Part shown: piece after piece, positions 1 through 8,667 of the stretch
Numbering within the stretch: the stretch's first letter is position 1
Layout: each line of letters starts with the position of its first letter
Source: Candidatus Aenigmatarchaeota archaeon
GTDB taxonomy: Archaea; Aenigmatarchaeota; Aenigmatarchaeia; CG10238-14; SCSR01
Direction: 5' to 3'
Assembly: GCA_038998585.1 (NCBI GenBank)
Contig: JAVZGQ010000005.1
Coordinates: 1 to 56,493, forward strand
Length of the DNA stretch: 56,493 nt
Position numbers and translations under genes: made by a program
The notes under the pieces: model-generated
The model's database searches: none
Told to the model about the DNA's origin: nothing
Seen by the model: only the letters and a program-made list of their open reading frames with translations

Positions 1-3000
1 AATAGTCAAATTAGCAATTCTATAGCTTCCTGCTTCACAATTCCAACTAAACGTTCTATTTTCTCCAGGTAACAATTCTAATGGTAAAGATTCTAAGGGT
101 GAATCTGCTGTCTTAACTTTGTAAACTATAAATTTGTTTGATATTAAAGTATCATTTCCAGCATTGCTCGAATTAGCGAAAACAGTCACATTAGCTTCTC
201 CATAACTAGTAGCATTAACTTGCCACCAAACCTTCTTGTATTCACCAACTGAGATACTTCCCAAATTCCTCGTTGGTTCATCAACTTGCCAACCAGAAGG
301 AACAGTTATCGTAACATTAACATCATTTGCTGTATCTACCCATGTTGCAACAGTTGCATTTATAGTAAAGTTTCTATAGATAAAAACTTCTTTTGGTTTC
401 AAGATTTCATATACATCTAATTGAGGAGCACAACCTGGCAATTGAATTTTTATTGTAAAGTTCTCAGAAGCATTTGGCTTATAATTTGGTTCAGAGGAAT
501 TTATTTCAGCTGCCCAAAGTTGAGGACCTTCGTACCATCCAGAGCAAGTTGTAACATTAAACAAAAATCTTGCATAACCTTCATCATCTGTATAGTTGTT
601 TCCTATTATTTTATAACCATTTGGATAGCTTGAATGATAAAGTTTGAAAGTAACAGTTGCAGAAGGATTTGTTACATTGTAAGTTTGCCTATCAAAATCA
701 TATACCCTTACAGAAAGCCATTGAGGTTGTGTATCTTTAATAACTGTGGTATCATTTCCCTCTCCGCCATAGCTCACGTTCACATCATCTTTTTCCACAG
801 TTACAGACAAAACTTGGTAAGTTTCTGCTCCATCCATCTTGAATTGATAGTACCAAACTCCTTGTTGATTTGCTGAAAAGTTCCTATACCAATATTTAAT
901 TGAATTAATGCAGTTAGCACATTCAGTAGGAGTTTGGTTTAAGCAAGTTGGTACATCACATTTAAAAATTGGTGGCCAAGCAGTATGCATATATAGACTA
1001 ATGTTTAAAACATTTTCACTATCACCAGAAGAAGCTTTTACTGAAAAGTTCCAGTTTGGATATCCCCATCCTTCTGTTGTTGGAATTGCAGTAGGCTCTT
1101 CTAATTTCTTGACAGGATATAAGTAGAATAGTCCTGGAGTTCCTAGATTAGCAGTGCTATTATCGTAGTGATAGCTTCTATTTACAAACATACTCGCATT
1201 ATACCATCCCATTGGTGTTGTAATATCAGTTTGCCAATCGCATGTATAGGCATTAGCTCCTACTTGGCTTACTGGAGAGCATTCATAGCTTTGCTCACTT
1301 TTATTTGCAAAGTACCTTACTGTTGTTGTTAAAGGATCACCGCAATCGTCAGTAGTAGCCCCCAAGAAAGGAACTTTTTGTTCTTGTGTATAATTAGTTG
1401 AACCATCTGGCTTCTGGAAGCTTAATGTTATGTCTCCCATTATGGTTAGATTGAGGCCTGTAATCGAAGCCGAACCGTAGCACTCACTCGCCCCTTCTGC
1501 AACTTCAATTTTCCATCTTTGATCTCCTACTTTATATTTCGGGGAGCAACCCGGATTAAAGTAAAAAACGGAATAACCTGAAGCATTAGTGAGGTTTCCG
1601 TAAACTGGTCCTGGAACTCCAGGTTCAAGTTCAATTGAAAAGTTGACCATTAGGTTTGGAACTAGGGTTCCATTTAAGTCACGAACCCTTACAGCGAGCA
1701 AATCAACCTGGTCACCACGTCTATTTGCAATGGAATTATTACCCACTATATCCTCAAGCAAGATAGTATCTTGTTGGATTGCGAATGGGTGAGAAGGGGT
1801 TTCATTTACATTCCCAGAGCTATCAACAACCCTAAACTTATAGTGAGCTGGTCCTATATATGAGCAAGTAAAATTGGTTATGTCTGTAAAGTTTATTTGG
1901 GTCCATGCTGAACAAGCTGTACAATTTTTCTTCATAATTTCTACAAATCCGGCACCAGCATCAACTAATAAGCTTATATTTAGGTCATCTCCTTCATCAT
2001 CTCTCACCTCAACTGTGAAATTCCATGTTTCACCCCAACCATAGCTTGCTCCTTCTGTCACACCCATCACAGTTTCATTAGCATACTTTGGAGGCCAGTT
2101 CACGTTTATTGTGACATTATAATTACTTGATTTGTTGTAACCATAGCAAATTGAAGCTGCCGTATCGACATAGCCCCACCATTGTCTTTTTCCAGAGGTA
2201 AAATCTGCATCTGGTAAGAAATAAAAGTATACATAGCCTGTTGCATTGGTTGTATTATAACCAACAGTTTTGTTTGCACCTTCCCAAGAAGTCATTGTAA
2301 CATTAAACTTTGTTTGAAGGGTTTGTGAGATATCATAATTTCCTTTGTCTATGTCATAGGCTCTAAGTACAAATTCAGCAGGGCTTGCTGGTGTTGCAGT
2401 AGTTTCATTTCCAGAAACATACTCTAATATAATTTTATCCGGGTCAATCACATGATAATCATTCCCACTTGTAGTGTTAGATGTACCTAAATTGTCAGTC
2501 GCATTAAATTTGAAGAACCAAGTTCCTATGTCATTACAAGTGAAATTCACACTTTTGGTAAACCATAGAACTGTGTTACTGCAATCGGTACATGTTTTCC
2601 AGTCTTGAAATTCCCAGTTTCCACCAGCCTTTTTAAGCCAGAATGAAACGTTTACAGTTTCTCCAGAAGCGTCGCTTACAGCTATAGTATAGTTGTAAAA
2701 TTTACCCCAGCCACCTGAGGAAGGAGTAACAGTTGGGTTGTTTAGCTGAGGAGTTGTAACCAACTTGAAAGCATTAATAATTTTTATCGAATTATTGTAG
2801 AAATAACCTTTACTAGCATTCATAGTTATGTTATAGTAACCAGCCACTCCTACACTAGAATCCCAGCCGCAGCTGTAGTTTCCAGGATATCCTGGTACAT
2901 CTGTTCCAGAGCAGTAATAAATATTTTCACCATTTTCTAGGGTAAAGTTAACTATAGCACCACTTTCACCAGAACCACAGTCATTCTTTACATATCCTTT

Positions 3001-6000
3001 TATCGTTATTGTTTGCCCCCAATTAAAATCCTGACCATTCAAAGGTTGAGTTAATTCTGGATCTAGAGCTCCGTAAATGATTACTGTCATGTTTTCTGAT
3101 GTATTTGAATAATAGCATGAAGATGTTCCAGTGGCATACACATACCAAAGCTGTGGACCAACTTGATACCCAGCACTACACATTGAGCTAAGTGTATATG
3201 CTAGATGCCCAGTAGAGTTTGTGTTACCCATGGGATAAGAACTAAATGTACTACCGCTTTTTTGTATGTATAAGGTACCAGAAACTTCACCCTCCCCGAC
3301 ATTTGTATTTCTTATGCTATCATAAACTATTTGTGATAATTCTATTGAATCAGTTCTATTTACCACACTGTTATTTACTGTCGCATTTTTAAGCAATATA
3401 GTGTCGTTTAATGGAATAAAGTATATGTTTGGATAATTATTCCATGTATCATCCTTATTGCCTGGAGCCGTAGTAACATTTAGTTTATAGTATTTTGCTG
3501 CAGCAATTGCTCCAAGTCCACCTCCAAGGGAGCCCCCACTACAAGTAAAAGTTTGAGTAAAATTTACAAGTTGCCCTGGAGTTGAATTAACAACAACAGA
3601 ATAATTTCTTGATTGTTGGAATAGAAATGGCTCTCCAGCGATTGCAGATATCCATAGGCTTACATTCTCTGGAACATTTGTTTCATTGTAGGGATCCCAG
3701 AGTTCTGCAGAAAAATTAAAGACCGACCCCCATCCAGCAGTATAGCCACTCTGAGTGTTATTGATTTTTGGATTTTCTAGCTTTGGATTAACATCCTGCC
3801 AACACCATCTGTATTGTATTGAAGAAACTACAGAACTACCTCTCTTCGGTCCTTGTATAGAACCATAGTATGGGCCATTTGATGTGAATCCACCTATATC
3901 AGAAATTGATAGGCTGCATGTGTTAGGTGAACTAATGGTACCGTTATTGTTAGCACCACAGGTCCAAAATGGGCCAAGTGGCGCGTTGACAACTAAATAG
4001 CTAGCTGGGTAATATGCATACGCAGTCGTATTTGTTAAATTAAAATATCCCCATTCGTTTGAAGTTGATGTAGTACTTGTGTAGAAAAATACTGTTATAT
4101 TTTGAATATAACAATTTAGTGTACCAGGGCAATCTATAGGATCCCATGAAATGGGGCAGTTTACTGAACTTCCTGTTGTACCAGTACAACTAAAAGATAC
4201 CGAATCTGTAAACCATTGGCATATGTATAATGGATCAACAACAAGCATCCAACTTCTAGCTTCTTTGAAAGTCTTAACATGTTGTCCTACTTTATATTCA
4301 ACTTCTGCCGGGCCAAGCATGTACAAGCGCGGCCAAGCAAATGGAGGTAAAGCAGAATAAAATACTATGGAGTTATTTGACAAATTTTCCCATGTTAAAA
4401 CTTTTGAATTGTTTTCTATTTCTAATTTTGCACCTCCTGTATTTGTAACAGTAAAATCAACTGGCAAAAATTCTCTAAATGTGATGTTTTCTGCTTTGGT
4501 ATAAGAAATGATTTTTATAGATGAAGTGAAAGGTCCTCCATTCGGATCGGTGGTAATTGGTGTATCCCTTAATATGTCAAATTCATAAAAATTTTTGACC
4601 AGAAAGTATGAAGCAATCTCTGCCCTAACCTCATTTTCACAACAACCTGTAGTAGCAGTAGCAAATAGTGTATAGTTACCGGGTACTGTAGTTTCATATG
4701 AAGCAGTGTATACACCTTTAGATATCTCAGATATAGAGCCATCATTTGTAGCGAATATAGAGACTTTATTGTCAGGGGCTGTAACTACCAGAGTTACGTC
4801 CGCACCAGAAACCAAATGACCTTCACTATTTAAAACAACCATTAATATCTCAGCAGTTTCTCTAGGATGATAAATTGACTTTTTTGTGTTTATTGAAATT
4901 AGTCCAACGGCGAAAGTTGTTTCTTCTTCAACAATAACTTCCCCAGGATTTGGGCTTATATAACTTAACCTTAATTTAAGCTTATGCACACCAGGCCTAA
5001 ACTCCCTTTCTGTATCCAATTCAACCCAATACTTTCCTTTTTCAATTTCATCTTCAGTAAAATTAACTTCACTAACATTTCCTTCAGGATCTACAACAAA
5101 AACTTTTATTGTAGCATTTGAATAAAGCTCTTTAGTATCTTCATCTAAAACTAAAATTTCAAACTTTATTTTTTCCCCTAACCCATAATTGAATTTTTCT
5201 TGCTTAATTTTTGGTTTAAGTTTCAAGTGTTTTAAGATATCAAAGCCCAAAGTTTTGTTTATATTTCCAAATTTAGTTTCAGCAAAAATTTCTGCAGTGT
5301 AAGTTCCAGAGATTTTGGGCAATAACTCAAAATTAAACAAAAATTTGCCATCGGTTAATATGTTATCTTGAAATACAGTTTTCCCTTTAGGATCTTTTAT
5401 TACAATAGAAACATTTGAGCTTATTATGCTTTCATTTAAACTAACATTTCCAGACACTTTAACAAATTTCCATGTCTTATTTCCCTTAGTAACATTTTCT
5501 ACAGAAACAAAAGCATCTATGACTAGAGTAACATTCGGTCGAGTAGTTTCTAAACATTCGACAGAAACATCAAAGCTCTTGAAATCCTTGCTTTCATTTG
5601 TTTCTGCAGTAACGTTTAAAGTGTATTTTCCACATTCACTTGCTTTTAATAGCCAAGATATCATCGAGCTTTCATTCTTTCCGATCTGGGCTATAGTTTT
5701 TTGCAGGCCTTCGGCTGCAAATTCTTGTGGGGCTTGCAAGCTAACAAAAACATCAGAGGAATTTCCATTCAGTGAAGTAATAAAAGCTTTTACTTCAAAT
5801 TCTTCAGAAACATTCACAGAAGAAGGAGCTTCTGTTCTTTCTATACTGATTTCAGGTTTTGGTTGAATATTCCCCGGGGCGCTAAAATTTAAGGTATAAT
5901 AAAAGCTTGTAGAATTTCCGAAATTTCCGGAAGAAACTTTAACAGAATATTCTCCCTCTTCATAAAAATCAGCGACAAGATAATTAGAATAGACCCCATC

Positions 6001-7527
6001 GATTGCATTTAGTATTGTGGAATAAATTGAACTATTATTGAATTCTATGCTTAAGTTAATTTCTCCATTTCTACTTCCATTTACCAAAAACTCTCCAAGA
6101 ATGTTTATAGTTTCACTTTGGGTATAGTTTTTCTTGTCGGTAAAGACTGTAAGATAAATGATATTTTCTTCTTCAAAAACTTCCAAGTTTCCTTCTTTAG
6201 TCTCGATCCAATTTCCAGCTAAGTCAGAAGCATAAAACTTAAAAGCTATACTTCCAGCCGAATTTACAGTTTTAGTAACATTACTCCAAGCTTCCAAAAC
6301 ATTAAGGTTAGAAGACCAAACAGCTTTTCCAAATTTCTTGACTAGGATAATATGGTTAGGAACAGTTATATCATAAATCTTACCTTTGTAGTTCTCTAGA
6401 CTTATTTGCTTGACATAAATTGGCTTAAGATTTTCATCAAGAAAAGTTATACCATAACCAGCTTTAGCTAGCTCATAAGCTTTTTCCACTTCAATGAACT
6501 TAAATTCTTTTAGATCCACACCAAACAACAAATCTCTAGCCCTTTTCACAAAGTCCAAAGGATAGTTAATTCTCGCAAAAACTTTATGCTTAGGTGTTAC
6601 ATAGATGTCAATTCCCCCGTTTATCTTATAAATTCCATCATCGTAAGGAAGCTCAACTATCCTCAAGGGCCTCTCCCATTTTATATTACTTTCAGAAAGA
6701 GTAGCGACTTCATCTTCATAGTTCAAATCCTTAAAATACTTCCACCCTTGTCTTGTTAAAACTTTTGTTTCGTTATCGTAACTTGAAACAAAAATATGGC
6801 TTTCATTCTCCCAAGAGCCAGAAGAATTCCAGCTGAAGATCCATTCATCCAAGCCAAAATCATCTTGCCAAAAAGCAAAAAATTCCACTTCTTCCCCAAC
6901 TTTTGCTTTCTCTTTACTTGCTCCAAAGAAAGAATAAGAGGGAGTCATTAAATCCTCTAGAGATGTTGAATTGTCGATATCGACTGTATTATTTTCTTCA
7001 TCAGCTAGAGACATGACAGCTGTTGTTGATGTTGTTGTGGTAGACTCGACAATTTCTTCATTCAAAGGCAAAGGAGCGGTTATTGTCGAAAAAGTAACAT
7101 TTCCGTCAGTTTCTGAGCCCGAGCTCTCATTATCTTCTTCAGAACTCATCGTAAATCGGCCAGAAATATCTTTTAAATTGCTTATATTGGAAATATTAAA
7201 GAAGTTTGATAAATTCTGGGCCACTATACTTGCTTGGAAGAGAAGGAGAAAAGCTATTGTAAGGATTGCTATAATCTTTAAACCCTTTTCACCTTTATCT
7301 GAAAGCAAGGGTTTTCTTTCTTGAGTCGACTCTTTTCTCAAGTAACAAAGTTTTGCCGATCCAACTTTTCTTTCGAGAATATCCCCTTTTTTAACCAATT
7401 CCTTAACATATTTTGCAGATGTATGTCTATGTAAGCCAGAAAGTTTTGCTACAGAACTAATAGTAAGGCCTTCCGGATGCTTTCTAAGCATTGATATAAT
7501 TTTCTCTAGAGAATCTTCAGCTCCCAT
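1..7527 (-). CDS. Giant membrane-anchored surface protein (>=2509 aa, 3' end outside window): N-terminal winged HTH, TM helix, S/T-rich linker, Hint domain, repeated beta-sandwich/Ig-like modules
   Basis: Hand translation from ATG at 7527: MGAEDSLEKIISMLRKHPEGLTISSVAKLSGLHRHTSAKYVKELVKKGDILERKVGSAKLCYL (wHTH), then IIAILTIAFLLLFQASIVA (TM). Open where checked (7527-6181 and 120-1); no competing long minus-strand ORF in the track, consistent with no stop before the window edge. Rich in NxS/T sequons and Cys pairs. Confidence 0.88.
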   Translation of the reverse strand, partial: MGAEDSLEKIISMLRKHPEGLTISSVAKLSGLHRHTSAKYVKELVKKGDILERKVGSAKLCYLRKESTQERKPLLSDKGEKGLKIIAILTIAFLLLFQASIVAQNLSNFFNISNISNLKDISGRFTMSSEEDNESSGSETDGNVTFSTITAPLPLNEEIVESTTTTSTTAVMSLADEENNTVDIDNSTSLEDLMTPSYSFFGASKEKAKVGEEVEFFAFWQDDFGLDEWIFSWNSSGSWENESHIFVSSYDNETKVLTRQGWKYFKDLNYEDEVATLSESNIKWERPLRIVELPYDDGIYKINGGIDIYVTPKHKVFARINYPLDFVKRARDLLFGVDLKEFKFIEVEKAYELAKAGYGITFLDENLKPIYVKQISLENYKGKIYDITVPNHIILVKKFGKAVWSSNLNVLEAWSNVTKTVNSAGSIAFKFYASDLAGNWIETKEGNLEVFEEENIIYLTVFTDKKNYTQSETINILGEFLVNGSRNGEINLSIEFNNSSIYSTILNAIDGVYSNYLVADFYEEGEYSVKVSSGNFGNSTSFYYTLNFSAPGNIQPKPEISIERTEAPSSVNVSEEFEVKAFITSLNGNSSDVFVSLQAPQEFAAEGLQKTIAQIGKNESSMISWLLKASECGKYTLNVTAETNESKDFKSFDVSVECLETTRPNVTLVIDAFVSVENVTKGNKTWKFVKVSGNVSLNESIISSNVSIVIKDPKGKTVFQDNILTDGKFLFNFELLPKISGTYTAEIFAETKFGNINKTLGFDILKHLKLKPKIKQEKFNYGLGEKIKFEILVLDEDTKELYSNATIKVFVVDPEGNVSEVNFTEDEIEKGKYWVELDTEREFRPGVHKLKLRLSYISPNPGEVIVEEETTFAVGLISINTKKSIYHPRETAEILMVVLNSEGHLVSGADVTLVVTAPDNKVSIFATNDGSISEISKGVYTASYETTVPGNYTLFATATTGCCENEVRAEIASYFLVKNFYEFDILRDTPITTDPNGGPFTSSIKIISYTKAENITFREFLPVDFTVTNTGGAKLEIENNSKVLTWENLSNNSIVFYSALPPFAWPRLYMLGPAEVEYKVGQHVKTFKEARSWMLVVDPLYICQWFTDSVSFSCTGTTGSSVNCPISWDPIDCPGTLNCYIQNITVFFYTSTTSTSNEWGYFNLTNTTAYAYYPASYLVVNAPLGPFWTCGANNNGTISSPNTCSLSISDIGGFTSNGPYYGSIQGPKRGSSVVSSIQYRWCWQDVNPKLENPKINNTQSGYTAGWGSVFNFSAELWDPYNETNVPENVSLWISAIAGEPFLFQQSRNYSVVVNSTPGQLVNFTQTFTCSGGSLGGGLGAIAAAKYYKLNVTTAPGNKDDTWNNYPNIYFIPLNDTILLKNATVNNSVVNRTDSIELSQIVYDSIRNTNVGEGEVSGTLYIQKSGSTFSSYPMGNTNSTGHLAYTLSSMCSAGYQVGPQLWYVYATGTSSCYYSNTSENMTVIIYGALDPELTQPLNGQDFNWGQTITIKGYVKNDCGSGESGAIVNFTLENGENIYYCSGTDVPGYPGNYSCGWDSSVGVAGYYNITMNASKGYFYNNSIKIINAFKLVTTPQLNNPTVTPSSGGWGKFYNYTIAVSDASGETVNVSFWLKKAGGNWEFQDWKTCTDCSNTVLWFTKSVNFTCNDIGTWFFKFNATDNLGTSNTTSGNDYHVIDPDKIILEYVSGNETTATPASPAEFVLRAYDIDKGNYDISQTLQTKFNVTMTSWEGANKTVGYNTTNATGYVYFYFLPDADFTSGKRQWWGYVDTAASICYGYNKSSNYNVTINVNWPPKYANETVMGVTEGASYGWGETWNFTVEVRDDEGDDLNISLLVDAGAGFVEIMKKNCTACSAWTQINFTDITNFTCSYIGPAHYKFRVVDSSGNVNETPSHPFAIQQDTILLEDIVGNNSIANRRGDQVDLLAVRVRDLNGTLVPNLMVNFSIELEPGVPGPVYGNLTNASGYSVFYFNPGCSPKYKVGDQRWKIEVAEGASECYGSASITGLNLTIMGDITLSFQKPDGSTNYTQEQKVPFLGATTDDCGDPLTTTVRYFANKSEQSYECSPVSQVGANAYTCDWQTDITTPMGWYNASMFVNRSYHYDNSTANLGTPGLFYLYPVKKLEEPTAIPTTEGWGYPNWNFSVKASSGDSENVLNISLYMHTAWPPIFKCDVPTCLNQTPTECANCINSIKYWYRNFSANQQGVWYYQFKMDGAETYQVLSVTVEKDDVNVSYGGEGNDTTVIKDTQPQWLSVRVYDFDRQTYNVTNPSATVTFKLYHSSYPNGYKIIGNNYTDDEGYARFLFNVTTCSGWYEGPQLWAAEINSSEPNYKPNASENFTIKIQLPGCAPQLDVYEILKPKEVFIYRNFTINATVATWVDTANDVNVTITVPSGWQVDEPTRNLGSISVGEYKKVWWQVNATSYGEANVTVFANSSNAGNDTLISNKFIVYKVKTADSPLESLPLELLPGENRTFSWNCEAGSYRIANLTI
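6307..6783 (-). other. Hint (mini-intein/BIL-like) domain, 159 aa, inside the giant protein
   Basis: Block A SYDNETKVLTRQGWKYFKDL, block B VTPKHKVF, block F YKGKIYDITVPNHII, block G KAVWSSN. No endonuclease. The +1 residue is Leu. Confidence 0.85.
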
Positions 7528-7530
7528 CTC

Positions 7531-7548
7531 TTGTACACCAGTGTACAA
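7531..7548. promoter_or_regulatory. Perfect 8-bp inverted repeat, candidate operator
   Basis: TTGTACAC-CA-GTGTACAA, 3 nt upstream of the giant-gene ATG, overlapping its GGTG SD-like sequence, between two divergent wHTH-encoding genes. Confidence 0.5.
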
Positions 7549-7677
7549 CATAGAAAATGTTTGTCGAATCCCATATTCCATTATAAATCTTCGGAGAATC
7601 TCTCTCCCGACACTTCTTTTTTCTGGATTTTAAAAGAAACTCAAATCTTTTATATTGTCGAAACCAAAAAATATTAT

Positions 7678-8076
7678 GTGAACATATCAATTCTTAAGCC
7701 AAAAAATAATAATGATGTACAGCTGGAAGAGCTTTTGAGACAAATGGATACTCAGAGAGCCCAAATGGCAATAGAGCTCGAGAAATTGAGAAATTTAGGG
7801 ATGAAAATCCAGGAAATCGAAAATAGATTAAAGGAGATAGAGAGATTAATTTCTGTGGGCGGCTTTAGACTTAAAGCAAACCCTGTAAGCTCAAAAACAA
7901 AAGAAGCAATAAAAATGATTCTTCAGAAATACGGTGAGCTAACACCTCTCCAGCTCAGCAGACTTATCAAACTGTCGAGAACTAGGTGTAATGAATATCT
8001 TAAGGAAATGGAGCGTGAAGGCATCGCAACTTCGAGGATAGAGAGTCGAAAAAAATACTACAAGCTTCGACAATAG
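7678..8076 (+). CDS. Coiled-coil plus C-terminal winged-HTH DNA-binding protein
   Basis: Heptad region followed by KEAIKMILQKYGELTPLQLSRLIKLSRTRCNEYLKEMEREG...RKKYYKL. Start uncertain (GTG 7678 chosen). Confidence 0.75.
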   Translation: MNISILKPKNNNDVQLEELLRQMDTQRAQMAIELEKLRNLGMKIQEIENRLKEIERLISVGGFRLKANPVSSKTKEAIKMILQKYGELTPLQLSRLIKLSRTRCNEYLKEMEREGIATSRIESRKKYYKLRQ

Positions 8077-8115
8077 CTAAAAATTACATCGACTTTTGTC
8101 GGATTTTTATATCGA

Positions 8116-8664
8116 CTAAATAAATCTTCCCAATAAAATTAAAGATAAAATTCCAAATAGGTGTAAAAAATAGGTGAAATATAAGAATTTCTTTGTTTCA
8201 AATTCGGCCATTCCAAATAAAACTGTGGCAATTTCGTCTGGCAAAGGGGAGGCTATGATAAAACCAGCTATAACAGGAACTATTTTTTTAAATTTCCCAG
8301 ATCGTCTAATTTCTTTTAATTTTATCCCACTCTTGTCCGTAAGATCGTCTATTTCTTTTACTAAATGATTTTTGATAAACCTGAATATGAGATAATCACC
8401 AATAACTGCTCCAAAAGCCCCTAAAATCGAAGCAATAAAAGGATTAATGGTGTTAGAAATGAAGATGAAGACACTAGCTGCTAATGGTGCCGTTAAACCA
8501 TAAGGGAAAAAAATTCCGGCAAAAAAAGCTCCAAAATAGCCCAATTCACTTAAATAGCTTTTAAGTGTTTCTCTAACAAAAGCATTGGTCAAGCTGAAAA
8601 TTGCTATGAAAGTACTTAGTCCTAAAAAAAATAAGTACTTATATTTATACTTAAATTTCATCAT
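8116..8664 (-). CDS. DedA/VTT-like membrane protein
   Basis: Hydrophobic, with GAVIGDYLIFRF and SPLPDE motifs. Confidence 0.65.
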   Translation of the reverse strand: MMKFKYKYKYLFFLGLSTFIAIFSLTNAFVRETLKSYLSELGYFGAFFAGIFFPYGLTAPLAASVFIFISNTINPFIASILGAFGAVIGDYLIFRFIKNHLVKEIDDLTDKSGIKLKEIRRSGKFKKIVPVIAGFIIASPLPDEIATVLFGMAEFETKKFLYFTYFLHLFGILSLILLGRFI

Positions 8665-8667
8665 ATT

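Noticed and set aside
421-7324. Plus-strand ORFs of 69-146 aa
   Set aside because: Antisense shadows of the giant minus-strand CDS.
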